Source: an uncultured Gemmatimonadales bacterium
GTDB taxonomy: Bacteria > Gemmatimonadota > Gemmatimonadetes > Gemmatimonadales > GWC2-71-9
Direction of reading: 5' to 3'
DNA: 64,000 nt
NCBI GenBank assembly: GCA_963843115.1
Contig: CAWJJB010000007.1
Span: forward strand, 2,203,282 to 2,267,281
Of this stretch, positions 44,664 through 54,009 are shown in pieces. Position numbers and translations under genes: made by a program. Positions within the stretch are counted from its first letter, which is position 1. Each line of letters begins with the position of its first letter. Below the pieces are notes generated by a model that was given only the letters and a program-made list of their open reading frames with translations, was not told the origin of the DNA and did not search any database.

Positions 44664-45320
44664 TTATTGACCCGGTCGGGCCTTGGACGTTAGCGAAGAA
44701 AGGCCGAAATCGGCGCTGTGCCGCTCCAGGAATGAGGCCGCCTCGGCAATGTCACCCTGCGCGAGCCCATGACCACCGGGACTCCACCGGAATTCCACCG
44801 TGGCACCGCTATCCGTGAGCAGTACACCGAGCCGCTCAGCCAACGCGTGCGGCACAATCGGATCGGTTCGGCCGGACGAGATGAACACCGGCACACCCGC
44901 GAGCGAAGGCAGCTTTTCCGGTTCGAACGGCACCATCGGCCTGAGCAGCACCGCGCCCGCCAATGTTCCCGTACCCGAAAGCAGCAGGCTGGCCGCAATG
45001 TTGGCCCCGTTCGAGAAGCCCACGGCGACCACGCGCCGCGGATCAAGTTGATACTTCGCTGCTGCCTCCCCGATGAACTCAGCCAGTTGGCCGGTGCGGA
45101 CCTGCAGGTCGTCCAGGTCAAATACCCCTTCGGCCAGCCGCCGGAAAAAGCGCGGCTGGCCCCGCTCGAGCACTGCCCCGCGCGGGCTCAGCAACGCCGC
45201 CCCTGGCAGGAGCGCCTGGCCGAGCGGCAACAGGTCGTTCTCGTCGCCGCCGGTACCGTGAAGGAGCAGCAGCGTCGGCAGCTCCGGCCGCCCCGGCACA
45301 AACCGGTGCGCCTCCATCAT
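44664..45320 (-). CDS. phospholipase/carboxylesterase-family alpha/beta hydrolase (MhqD-like)
   Basis: LLLLHGTGGDENDL and GFSNGANIA motifs, 218 aa. Confidence 0.8.
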   Translation of the reverse strand: MMEAHRFVPGRPELPTLLLLHGTGGDENDLLPLGQALLPGAALLSPRGAVLERGQPRFFRRLAEGVFDLDDLQVRTGQLAEFIGEAAAKYQLDPRRVVAVGFSNGANIAASLLLSGTGTLAGAVLLRPMVPFEPEKLPSLAGVPVFISSGRTDPIVPHALAERLGVLLTDSGATVEFRWSPGGHGLAQGDIAEAASFLERHSADFGLSSLTSKARPGQ

Positions 45321-45335
45321 GTGAGTTCGGGCCGC

Positions 45336-46283
45336 TCATGACATCACCTCCACTGCAGCGGCATCGAGGGCCGGAAGGGTGCCAGTGATTTCCTTGCGAT
45401 GCCGCTCGAGCCACGGCGGCAGCTTGAGGGTCGTCCCCAGCTCCCGCTCCGGCTCATCCCACAGAAATCCGGGGCTGTCGGTGGCAACCTCGAAAAGGAC
45501 ACCACCAGGCTCCCGGAAATACACCGACTTGAAGTACTGTCGGTCCACCACTGGGGTGATGCTCATCCCCGCCGTTTCCACCAGCCGGCGGGTTTCCAGC
45601 TGGGCGGAATCATCCGGGGCCCGAAAGGCCACATGGTGCACCGTCCCCACTCCGCCGACGCCACTCCAGAATCCGTCGGCCCTGCGGAGATCCACGACAC
45701 CACCAATCGGTGAATCGCCCCGGAAGCGACGGGTACCCGCCTCCTCGCCCGCCGCACGAAAGCCCAGCGGGCCGGTCAGCACTTCGACCGTGCCGGTGGC
45801 CGCGTCGTCGGTCCAGAGCGTTACTCCGTGCACCCCGCGGATGGCGTGCTCGGCGGGAACCCCGCCGTGCGCCCAGCCCTCGTGCTGCGCATAGGGGGCC
45901 GCGCCCACCAGTTCCAGCAGCATGCCGTCGGGGTCCCGCAGGGCCACCACTCTCTCGCCGAACCGGCTGACGGGGGCCTCGAACGTCACTCCCCGTGCCC
46001 CCAGTCGCTCGATCCACCAGCCGATGGACTCCAATGGTATGGCAAAGCTCGTCACCGCAGCCTGACCAGTGCCGGTGCGTCCACGCCTGCCGCCCGGGAT
46101 CGGGAAGAAGGTGAGGATCGAGCCGGGCGCACCGGTCCGGTCGCCGAAGTAGAGATGAAAAGTGCCGGGATCGTCGAAATTGACGGTCTGCTTCACCAGC
46201 CGCAGTCCGAGTGTATCGCCATAGAAACGCACCGTCGCCGCCGGATCGCCGGAAATAGCGGTGACGTGATGAATGCCGGTCAT
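45336..46283 (-). CDS. ring-cleaving dioxygenase / glyoxalase (VOC) family, two-domain (MhqO/MhqE-like)
   Basis: GIHHVTAISGDPAATVRFYGDTLGLRLVK...HLYFGD, repeated in the second half (VHHVAFR). The ATG overlaps the MarR stop (ATGA). Confidence 0.8.
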   Translation of the reverse strand: MTGIHHVTAISGDPAATVRFYGDTLGLRLVKQTVNFDDPGTFHLYFGDRTGAPGSILTFFPIPGGRRGRTGTGQAAVTSFAIPLESIGWWIERLGARGVTFEAPVSRFGERVVALRDPDGMLLELVGAAPYAQHEGWAHGGVPAEHAIRGVHGVTLWTDDAATGTVEVLTGPLGFRAAGEEAGTRRFRGDSPIGGVVDLRRADGFWSGVGGVGTVHHVAFRAPDDSAQLETRRLVETAGMSITPVVDRQYFKSVYFREPGGVLFEVATDSPGFLWDEPERELGTTLKLPPWLERHRKEITGTLPALDAAAVEVMS

Positions 46284-46756
46284 GATTCGTGCTCCTCTTG
46301 TTGTTCGTCATGCACTGCCGGCCGAATGAGGCTGCGACAGAGTCTTGCCAGTTCTCGCTGCTCATCCTCGCCGAGCAGGCTCATTTCCCTTGTCAGTCTC
46401 GCCGCATGCGCCGGGAACAGCTCACTCACCAGCGCCGTCCCATGATCGGTAAGGTGCACCTTGATGTAGCGGCGATCGGCTGAACCACGCTGGCGCCTGA
46501 CCAGGCCTCGCTTCTCCAGCTGATCCACCACAAGCGTCACGTTGCCATGGGTCCGGAGGATCTTCGCGGCCAACTCACGCTGATGGAGTGGACCGAGATG
46601 CAGGAGCGCCTCGAGCACGCCGAACTGACTCTCGGTCAGCCCGGCCTCCCCAAGTGGACCATTCAGGCGGGTACTGAGCGCATTCGCCGCCCGAACCAGT
46701 TTGACAAAGGTCCGGAGCGCCAGTCGTTCCTGTGAGGTCCCTGCAAAACCAGCCAT
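46280..46756 (-). CDS. MarR-family transcriptional regulator
   Basis: LTESQFGVLEALLHLGPLHQRELAAKILRTHGNVTLVVDQLEKRGLVRR winged helix. Start trimmed to ATG 46756. Confidence 0.85.
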   Translation of the reverse strand: MAGFAGTSQERLALRTFVKLVRAANALSTRLNGPLGEAGLTESQFGVLEALLHLGPLHQRELAAKILRTHGNVTLVVDQLEKRGLVRRQRGSADRRYIKVHLTDHGTALVSELFPAHAARLTREMSLLGEDEQRELARLCRSLIRPAVHDEQQEEHES

Positions 46757-46793
46757 ATCTTCGCCTGCTCCGATATGAGTGAGCAATAAACTA

Positions 46794-46805
46794 TTTAGTA
46801 CTTAA
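46794..46805. promoter_or_regulatory. candidate MarR operator (imperfect palindrome)
   Basis: TTTAGTACTTAA, 10 of 12 positions self-complementary around AGTACT. It lies 38 nt upstream of the MarR start in an AT-rich divergent region. Confidence 0.3.
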
Positions 46806-46986
46806 CGAATGTCAAGACCTGCATTCCCCGGCACCTTTTACTGAAACGTTTCTTCCATGGGTGGGTAGGCAAGTTGTGACTGTATTGACGTTTTGCCGCC
46901 CGGGCGTAAGTTTCCCCCCTGACGTCGACCACGGTCGGCGGTTTGGCGTTTTCCGTTTCTGTCCTCCCCTAATGCTCGGAGTGTTC

Positions 46987-48423
46987 ATGCGATCTCTGTT
47001 CGTGTCTGCTGCGGCCCTGGTTATCGCGGCCGCACCCGCCGCTGCCCAAAAAGCAGGCACGGTGGAAATCGGTGCCTTTGGGCGCGTCACCTGGTTCGAC
47101 GACGTCTACAAACTCCAGAACGACATCGGGGTTGGTGGGCGTCTGGGCTTTTTCGTGGCCCGTAACCTCGAGATCGAGGGCCAGTACACGTACATCCCGA
47201 CTGCCTCCACTGACAGCAACGCCAGCTTCGACGAGAAGGTGAGCGCTCAGTCGGTCCGTGGCTTCCTGGAATACAACATCAACTTCAAGCCGGCGGCGCT
47301 GGTGATCGGCGCTGGCGCCGTGTACAGCGGCTACGGCGGGTACTACGACAGCATCCCGGGCCACACAGACGGCATCGCCCCCTCCTTCCTGCTCGGCTTG
47401 CGGTTTGGTGTGGGCGGCATCCTCCAGGGCCGCATCGACGGCACCTACGACCTCATCGGTTCACCCGCTGACTTCACGGGCCCGGCCGACAACGCTGGGA
47501 ACTGGGGTCTTCAGGCCGGTCTCTCCCTGATGTTCCCGAAGGAGAAGCCGAAGGATTCCGACGGCGACGGCGTCATCGACAAGCTCGACCAGTGCCCCAA
47601 CACCCCGATGGGCACCAAGGTTGACGACAAGGGCTGTCCGATTCCGCTCGACGACGACAAGGACGGCGTGGTCAACGATCGCGACCAGTGCCCGAACACC
47701 CCGGCTGGCGAGACGGTCAACTCCGTTGGTTGCTCGCAGTCGCAGCTCGACGATGACCGCGACGGCGTGAACAACGCCCTCGACAAGTGCCCGAACACCC
47801 CGGCCGGTACGCCGGTGAACGCTGAAGGCTGCCCGTCCGATGACGACAAGGACGGCGTGCCGAACAGCGCGGACAAGTGCCCGAACACCCCGGCCGGCGA
47901 GAAGGTGGACGCCATGGGTTGCTCGGATTGCCAGCGCGACTCGGATGGCGACGGCGTCATGGATTGCAACGACAAGTGCCCGTCGACCACGGCCGGTACC
48001 AAGGTCGATGCAGCTGGCTGCCGCATCATCTTCGAGGAGACCGGCGGAACGTTCACCATCAAGGGCAGCAGCTTTGAGGTGGGTAGTTCCAGGCTCACGA
48101 AGCAGGCCAAGGTTTCGCTGACGGATGCAGCGATCAAGATCAACACGATCCTGCCGAGCCTGCCGCCAGACTACAAGATCTGGGTGCAGGGTCACACCGA
48201 CAGCACCGGCAGCGTCAAGCTGAACGAGCGCCTGTCGCAGGCCCGCGCGGATGCGGTCAAGGATTACCTGGCCACGCAGGGCGTGCCGGCTGACCGGATG
48301 GAGGCAAAGGGGTATGCCTCGACTCGTCCGATCGCGACGAACAAGACCAGGGAAGGTCGCGAACTCAACCGCCGCGTGTCGCTCTACGGCGGGCCGGTTG
48401 AAGTGGAGGATCCGGGCCAGTAA
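46987..48423 (+). CDS. OmpA-family outer-membrane protein with thrombospondin type-3 repeats
   Basis: Signal peptide MRSLFVSAAALVIAAAPAAAQ, a beta-barrel-like N-domain, 6-7 repeats of DxDxDGVxDxxDxCPNTPxG, and a C-terminal OmpA domain (VQGHTDSTGS...NRRVSL). Confidence 0.9.
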   Translation: MRSLFVSAAALVIAAAPAAAQKAGTVEIGAFGRVTWFDDVYKLQNDIGVGGRLGFFVARNLEIEGQYTYIPTASTDSNASFDEKVSAQSVRGFLEYNINFKPAALVIGAGAVYSGYGGYYDSIPGHTDGIAPSFLLGLRFGVGGILQGRIDGTYDLIGSPADFTGPADNAGNWGLQAGLSLMFPKEKPKDSDGDGVIDKLDQCPNTPMGTKVDDKGCPIPLDDDKDGVVNDRDQCPNTPAGETVNSVGCSQSQLDDDRDGVNNALDKCPNTPAGTPVNAEGCPSDDDKDGVPNSADKCPNTPAGEKVDAMGCSDCQRDSDGDGVMDCNDKCPSTTAGTKVDAAGCRIIFEETGGTFTIKGSSFEVGSSRLTKQAKVSLTDAAIKINTILPSLPPDYKIWVQGHTDSTGSVKLNERLSQARADAVKDYLATQGVPADRMEAKGYASTRPIATNKTREGRELNRRVSLYGGPVEVEDPGQ

Positions 48424-48446
48424 GGCCGGCAGCAACAGGCACCACC

Positions 48447-48480
48447 AGCGGGGAGTCTTCGGACTCCCCGCTGTTTTTTT
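48447..48480 (+). terminator. rho-independent terminator
   Basis: AGCGGGGAGTC ttcg GACTCCCCGCT (11-bp perfect stem, tetraloop) followed by GTTTTTTT. Confidence 0.85.
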
Positions 48481-48498
48481 GGCCTACATTGGAGCTGC

Positions 48499-49836
48499 AT
48501 GACTACCTACGCGCAGCGGGTCGGTGTTTTCGGCGGCACGATGATGGTGGTGGGCGGGATCATTGGCTCCGGGATCTTCCTGAACCCGGCGGTGGTGGCG
48601 CAGCGCGCCGGAACCGGGACCCTCACGATTGTCGCCTGGGTCGTCGGGGGTCTGGTGGCGATCCTGGGCGCCTTCATCTACGGTGAGCTTGGCGCACGAC
48701 GACCCGAATCCGGTGGTGGGTACGTCTACCTCCGAGATGCCTGGGGACCGCTTCCCGCGTTCCTCTACGCGTGGACGCTGCTCCTGGTCATCGCAACGGG
48801 CGCCATCGCCGCGGTCGCAATGACTTTTGCCAGCTATGCCGGCGCCGTGGCCGGCCTCGGGCCCACGGCCATCACCCCCCTGGCGCTGGGCAGCATCGTG
48901 CTGCTCACCAGCATCAACATTCTCGGCGTCACGCCGAGTTCGGTGATGACGTCCCTGTTCACCCTGCTCAAGCTGGCGGCGCTTGGGCTCCTCATCCTGG
49001 CAGGCTTCGGTGCCATGCTCGGCAAGAGCGTCGCCCCGGCGCCAGTGATGGTTCCCCTGTCCGGCAGCGGCCCTACCCTCGCCTTTGCCGGCGCCCTGGT
49101 TCCGGTGCTTTTTGCGTATGGTGGATGGCAGCAGACCAACTTCGTCGCTGAAGAGCTGGTGGATGCGCCGCGCAACCTTCCCCGCGCGCTCCTCTGGGGC
49201 GTCGGGATCGTCGTGACCGTGTACCTGCTCGCAAACGTGGTCTACTTGAGCGCCCTGGGCGTGGGTGGACTGGCGGACAGCACGGCACCGGCGGCAGACA
49301 CGATGCAGGTCTTCCTCGGCCCAGCGGGGCGCACCTTCATCGCGGTCGGCATTGCCGTCTCGACCTTCGGTTTCCTCAACCTGGCAATCTGCGCCAACGC
49401 CCGTGTCTACCAGGCGATGGCGCGTGACCGGCTCTTTTTCGACGCCTTCGCCCGCCTGCACCCCCGCTTTCGCACGCCGGTGATCGCGCTGGTGGCCCAG
49501 GGGGCATGGGCGGCGGTCCTCGTGCTCTCAGGCACGTACGGGGAGCTGCTGGATTATGTGGTGTTTGGCGACTGGATCTTCTTTGGCTTGACGGCAGCGA
49601 CGCTGTTCGTCTTCCGGCGGCGGGACGCACGTGCGGGAGCAGTACAACCGGGGTTTGTTACTCCCGTCTGGCAACTCTCGACCTTGCTCTTCGTGGCGGC
49701 AGCGGCGTTTGTCGTGGCCGGTTCGATCGGGGCTAACCCGCGAAACGCCGTGCGCGGTGCCGGGCTCATCCTGCTGGGAGTACCGCTATACCTGTGGCGC
49801 CGGCGCGCCGGCCTCCATGGCGGGTCCAGCGTGTAA
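48499..49836 (+). CDS. APC-family amino acid permease
   Basis: 445 aa with about 12 TM segments. GGIIGSGIFLNP motif typical of amino-acid/polyamine transporters. Confidence 0.85.
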   Translation: MTTYAQRVGVFGGTMMVVGGIIGSGIFLNPAVVAQRAGTGTLTIVAWVVGGLVAILGAFIYGELGARRPESGGGYVYLRDAWGPLPAFLYAWTLLLVIATGAIAAVAMTFASYAGAVAGLGPTAITPLALGSIVLLTSINILGVTPSSVMTSLFTLLKLAALGLLILAGFGAMLGKSVAPAPVMVPLSGSGPTLAFAGALVPVLFAYGGWQQTNFVAEELVDAPRNLPRALLWGVGIVVTVYLLANVVYLSALGVGGLADSTAPAADTMQVFLGPAGRTFIAVGIAVSTFGFLNLAICANARVYQAMARDRLFFDAFARLHPRFRTPVIALVAQGAWAAVLVLSGTYGELLDYVVFGDWIFFGLTAATLFVFRRRDARAGAVQPGFVTPVWQLSTLLFVAAAAFVVAGSIGANPRNAVRGAGLILLGVPLYLWRRRAGLHGGSSV

Positions 49837-50835
49837 GCCGTTCTCATCGGGCAGGTACTCACCCTTGTACATCGCCACCAGTTCGAAGAAGTAGGAGATG
49901 GCCAGCGGACCGACCAGAAGACCGAGAATGCCGACGAGAGGAACGAAGGCAAAGGCACCGATCACGGTGATGAAGGGGTGCATCTTGGCGTAGCGGCGAA
50001 AGACGAAGGGGCGCACCAGCGTGTCGATGTTGCCGACGATGAGGACACCACCAAGAGCGAGTACCATGCCGGAGATGGGTCGACCCTGGGCCACGAGATA
50101 CACCGCACCCGGTGCCCAGACAATGCCGCTTCCCACCAGCGGCAGGATTGAAAAGATGACCGTGACCACGCCCCAGAACGCCGGACTGGGGAGACCCAAG
50201 GCCCAAAAGCCCAGGCCCACGGCCAGGCCCTGGAGCAGGGCGGTGGCGAAGGTACCCACCAGCATCGAGACCGTGACGTTTCGGAAGGCCTCGATCAGGC
50301 GTGCACGGTTGGCTGGCGAAAAGGGGATGAACGACTCGAGCATCCTCCGGGCGTCGGACGGCTGCACGAGCAGGTAGAACAGCCCGAAGAAGGTCAGCGT
50401 AAACTGGATGAGCAGCTTCGCGCCCGTACCCACCAACCCGAATGCGCTGCCCCCCAGCCACGAGAGCGCGGTGGAGCTCACCTTCTTGAGCTGCTCGCCC
50501 ACCTTGATGTCACCGATCTGGAGCACCGACAGCCGCTGGAGGAGTTCGCTGTCCTTGATCGTCGTTGCCCAACCCTGCGCCTCGTTGGCCAGGAGGCCGA
50601 CCGCGCCCACTACCGGAAGGAAGATCACGACGAACGCAATGACGATGACCACAATGGCCGCGGCCGAGGCGCCAATCCTCTTTGCCAGCTTCAGGTGCAG
50701 CGCACCGAAAATGACGTAGAGCACCGGTGCGCCAAGCAGGCCACTGAAATAGGGCCAGGTGGCCCAGAGAAGCCCTGCGCCGAGAACGAAAATGAGGAGC
50801 GCGGCGCGCTGCTGGCGGTCGATGAGGAAGGACAT
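49786..50835 (-). CDS. AI-2E family transporter (PerM/UPF0118)
   Basis: Polytopic membrane protein with the typical C-terminal ...FITVIGAFAFVPLVGILGLLVGPL pattern. Start trimmed to ATG 50835. Convergent 51-nt overlap with the permease. Confidence 0.75.
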   Translation of the reverse strand: MSFLIDRQQRAALLIFVLGAGLLWATWPYFSGLLGAPVLYVIFGALHLKLAKRIGASAAAIVVIVIAFVVIFLPVVGAVGLLANEAQGWATTIKDSELLQRLSVLQIGDIKVGEQLKKVSSTALSWLGGSAFGLVGTGAKLLIQFTLTFFGLFYLLVQPSDARRMLESFIPFSPANRARLIEAFRNVTVSMLVGTFATALLQGLAVGLGFWALGLPSPAFWGVVTVIFSILPLVGSGIVWAPGAVYLVAQGRPISGMVLALGGVLIVGNIDTLVRPFVFRRYAKMHPFITVIGAFAFVPLVGILGLLVGPLAISYFFELVAMYKGEYLPDENGLHAGPAMEAGAPAPQV

Positions 50836-50945
50836 GGGGGTTGAACCTATCGCTGGGATGCTGGGCACGCCAAGGGCAGTTCAAACCCAGGCAACCCCGG
50901 CGGCATCAAAGGACCAGCGCCGATGACCGAGACCAAGCGAGGACC

Positions 50946-51476
50946 ATGGATCCGGACGCGCTGAGCCTGGAGGTCCGTCGCGCCCAGGCCGGCGACGCCG
51001 ATGCCTTCGCGGCCCTCTACCGGGCGCACGCGGGGCGTATCTATGCCGTGTGCCTCCGGATGGAGGGTGACGCGGCGGAAGCCGAGGAAAGGACCCAGGA
51101 CGTCTTCGTCCGGGCATGGGACCGGCTTCCGAGCTTCCGGCACGAGAGCGCCTTTGGAACCTGGCTCCATCGGCTGGCGGTGAACGTCGTTCTTGGCCAT
51201 CGCCGCGCGGCATGGCGCCGGGACATGCAGGTCACCACGGTCGAGGAGCCCGAACTGCACGAGGCTCCCGGCCCGATACCGGAGCCTGGCAACCGGATGG
51301 ACCTGGAGGCGGCGATGAAGATACTTCCCCCCGGTGCGCGTGCCGTCTTCGTACTGTATGACATCGAGGGATATGGGCACGCCGAGATTGCGGAAATGAC
51401 GGGCATAGCGGAAGGAACCTCCAAGGCGCAACTCTTCCGGGCGCGCCGGCTCCTGCGAAAGGCCCTGGATCGATGA
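50946..51476 (+). CDS. ECF-type RNA polymerase sigma factor
   Basis: Region 2 DVFVRAWDRLPSFRHESAFGTWLHRLAVN. Region 4 VLYDIEGYGHAEIAEMTGIAEGTSKAQLFRARRLL. Confidence 0.9.
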   Translation: MDPDALSLEVRRAQAGDADAFAALYRAHAGRIYAVCLRMEGDAAEAEERTQDVFVRAWDRLPSFRHESAFGTWLHRLAVNVVLGHRRAAWRRDMQVTTVEEPELHEAPGPIPEPGNRMDLEAAMKILPPGARAVFVLYDIEGYGHAEIAEMTGIAEGTSKAQLFRARRLLRKALDR

Positions 51477-51976
51477 GCGGACACATGCCGGACGACGAAG
51501 CCTTCCTGCGCGCGCATCTCGACCGCCTGCCCCGCAGTGTCGAGCCGCCGCACGACCTCTGGCCTGCGATCGAGGCGAGGCTCCCGGCGCGCGCGCAGCC
51601 TCGCCGGCGGCCCATCATGCTGCAGCTTGCCGCCGCGCTTGCGCTCACTGCACTCTCCTCGGCCGTAACCTGGTTTCTCGTGCATCGTTCCGCGCCGGCA
51701 CCAGTTGTTGCCACAGCGCCCCTCGATCGCGACCAGCTCGCCCGCCTCGCGCGTGCCGGCGAGGTGATGGAGGATGGCCTCCGGTCCGCTCCCCTGGCAC
51801 CGGAGACGCGCGCCGTGCTGGCCCGCAACCTGGTGGTGATCGATGCCGCCGTCGCCGAGTGTCAGCGTGCGCTCGATGCCGACCCCGGCAGCCCCGTACT
51901 CGCCGACCTGCTGCGGGCCGCACACCGGCAGCGCGTCGAGTTCCTGCAGCAGGCCGCCCGCCTGCCCCGCTCGTGA
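51473..51976 (+). CDS. anti-sigma factor (single TM, non-zinc type)
   Basis: The ATG overlaps the sigma stop (ATGA). TM segment IMLQLAAALALTALSSAVTWFLV. No HxxxCxxC motif. Confidence 0.65.
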   Translation: MSGHMPDDEAFLRAHLDRLPRSVEPPHDLWPAIEARLPARAQPRRRPIMLQLAAALALTALSSAVTWFLVHRSAPAPVVATAPLDRDQLARLARAGEVMEDGLRSAPLAPETRAVLARNLVVIDAAVAECQRALDADPGSPVLADLLRAAHRQRVEFLQQAARLPRS

Positions 51977-51984
51977 GGATATCC

Positions 51985-52899
51985 ATGCGCCGTGCTGCCC
52001 TGATGTTTGCGTTTCTCCTGCCCGCGCCGTTGCTCGCGCAGCAGCGCGTCGACCGCCGCATGGCGGTGAATCCCGACGCCGCCATTCGCCTCAACGACCT
52101 GGTCGGCCTCGTACGCCTGGTGGGCTGGGATCGCGACAGCCTCGTGGTCACTGGGGAGCTTCCGGCGCATGCCGGCCGGCTGTACTTCGGTGGGTCGCTG
52201 GACGTCGCCAAGCTTGGCCTCGAGGGTACCGACACCAGCAGTGTAGTAAACAGCGCGACACTCGAGGTACGGGTGCCGAAGCATGCGCGGGTCAGCGTAC
52301 GCGGCGCGACCGTGAGCCTCGATGCGAGCGGACTCACCGGCGACCTCGACTTCATCACGACGGCGGGGCGACTGCACCTGGAGGGCGCCCCGCGCACGGT
52401 GTCGGCAGAGACCCTCGACGGCAACGTGGAGGTGGCGGGGCCGGCGACATCGCTCCGGGTCCGCACCGCCGGCGGCACCGTCGTTCTCCGCGGAGTGCGG
52501 GGAGACCTCAGCGTGACCACCGTGAGCGGAGCCATCCTCATTGGTGGTGCGCGGGTGGCGCGCGCGCGGCTGGAGACAGTGTCAGGCGAGATCGCATGGA
52601 AGGGGGCCATTGTGCGAGGCGGGACACTGGATGCGCAGACGCACAGCGGCAACATCGAGCTGCGGCTGCCCCCAACGCTCGGGGCCGACCTTGAACTCTC
52701 TGCACCGGCCGGGAGCATCTCGAGCGAATTCACCCTTCGTGGCAAGCCCGGCGCCAGCGGTACCCTCCGAACCAGCATCGGCGATGGTGGCTCCGCGATC
52801 ACGGCGCGAACGTTCCGGGGGCGCATTTCCCTGCTGAAGCAACCAGAAGTCGATCCAAACCCCGCGGCGCCGGGCGGCATCTCAGGGACGAGGCAGTAG
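51985..52899 (+). CDS. DUF4097-like (putative adhesin) beta-helix protein, secreted
   Basis: MRRAALMFAFLLPAPLLAQQ. Repeated GxV/IxL...SG pattern (TLDGNVEVAG, TVSGAILIGG, THSGNIELRLP). GAGGAT SD upstream. Confidence 0.6.
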   Translation: MRRAALMFAFLLPAPLLAQQRVDRRMAVNPDAAIRLNDLVGLVRLVGWDRDSLVVTGELPAHAGRLYFGGSLDVAKLGLEGTDTSSVVNSATLEVRVPKHARVSVRGATVSLDASGLTGDLDFITTAGRLHLEGAPRTVSAETLDGNVEVAGPATSLRVRTAGGTVVLRGVRGDLSVTTVSGAILIGGARVARARLETVSGEIAWKGAIVRGGTLDAQTHSGNIELRLPPTLGADLELSAPAGSISSEFTLRGKPGASGTLRTSIGDGGSAITARTFRGRISLLKQPEVDPNPAAPGGISGTRQ

Positions 52900-52926
52900 T
52901 CCTTCCCTGATAAGTGAGGTCCACAA

Positions 52927-53424
52927 ATGCGTCGCTCTTTCCTGTCACTCGCTGCCGCCGTTTCCCTGGTCGCGGCAACCGCATCACCCGCCCTGGCGGG
53001 CCCACCCTGGCTCTCGATCGAGTTCCCCGCCAACCCGATGAACCGATCGGCACCGGGTGCCTATCTCCTGGTGCACACCTTTCATCATGAACAGGCCACC
53101 GCATTCGTGGTCGAGGCGCGTGCGGAGGGACTGGTGAACGGCCAGCGGCAAAGCATCCCCCTTACGCTCGAACGGACCGACCGCGACGGCGTGTACGCAC
53201 TCAAGCAGGCATGGCCGGAGACGGGCGACTGGGTGCTCGTCATCACCGGTGCACCGGGACGCGAGTCCGTCACGGCGCTTGTGAGTATCGCCGACGGCAC
53301 CATCCGCGGCATCAGGGTGCCCACGAAAAAAGTCGAGAATGGTCGCTGGACCATCCCCGTGGAGGTGACGCAAGCCGACGTCGAGGCTGAGCTCAGGTCC
53401 CTCGGCGCGCTCGCGTCACGCTAG
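52927..53424 (+). CDS. hypothetical secreted protein
   Basis: Signal peptide MRRSFLSLAAAVSLVAATASPALAG. No motif recognised. Confidence 0.55.
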   Translation: MRRSFLSLAAAVSLVAATASPALAGPPWLSIEFPANPMNRSAPGAYLLVHTFHHEQATAFVVEARAEGLVNGQRQSIPLTLERTDRDGVYALKQAWPETGDWVLVITGAPGRESVTALVSIADGTIRGIRVPTKKVENGRWTIPVEVTQADVEAELRSLGALASR

Positions 53425-53469
53425 GCAGCGGCTTGTGCGATGGGGCCGGGGAAGACATTCTCCGGCCCC

Positions 53470-54009
53470 ATGAACATTGAAGCCCTGCTGAAGAAATGGC
53501 TGCTGGGAACGGTGCTCGTGCTGGCGGTGGCCGGGATCGCGGTGAGCATCGGCGGGCTGCTGCTGCCGGAGCAACACGAGGTGAGCCGCACGCTGACGCT
53601 TTCGCGCACGCCCGAGGCGGTATGGCGCGCCATCACCGACTCGGTGCGCATCCGTGCCTGGCGCCGGGACATCATCCAGCTGGAGCACCTGCCCGACTCG
53701 TCGTCGCATGCCGTGTGGCGGGAGATCGGCGACGATGGACGGGGCACTGTCGTGGTGGTGCGTGAGGAGCTTCCCCCCGTGCGGCTCGTGACGACCCGAA
53801 CCACGGAGGCCCGCGGCCCGCGCAGTGAATGGACGTATGCCATTCGTCGTGCTCCGTCGGGCATCGACCTCACCATCACGGAACGCGGCACCATTCCCGG
53901 CAAGGCCGACCGCTTCATATCACAATTCACCACTCGGCATGCCGGCCCCGTCGACGACTACCTGACCCAGCTCGCCGCGTACTTCGAGGAGCCGCCCCGG
54001 CTCCGCTAG
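53470..54009 (+). CDS. membrane-anchored SRPBCC-like protein
   Basis: N-terminal TM segment LLGTVLVLAVAGIAVSIGGLLL, followed by an SRPBCC/polyketide-cyclase-like pattern (PEAVWRAITD...W). Confidence 0.5.
   Translation: MNIEALLKKWLLGTVLVLAVAGIAVSIGGLLLPEQHEVSRTLTLSRTPEAVWRAITDSVRIRAWRRDIIQLEHLPDSSSHAVWREIGDDGRGTVVVVREELPPVRLVTTRTTEARGPRSEWTYAIRRAPSGIDLTITERGTIPGKADRFISQFTTRHAGPVDDYLTQLAAYFEEPPRLR

Noticed and set aside
50869-50945. Possible autoregulated ECF promoter (GAACC ... CGT-like) upstream of the sigma factor.
   Set aside because: I found only loose matches (TTGAACC at 50871-50877) with no convincing -10 CGT element at the right spacing. That is not enough to call.
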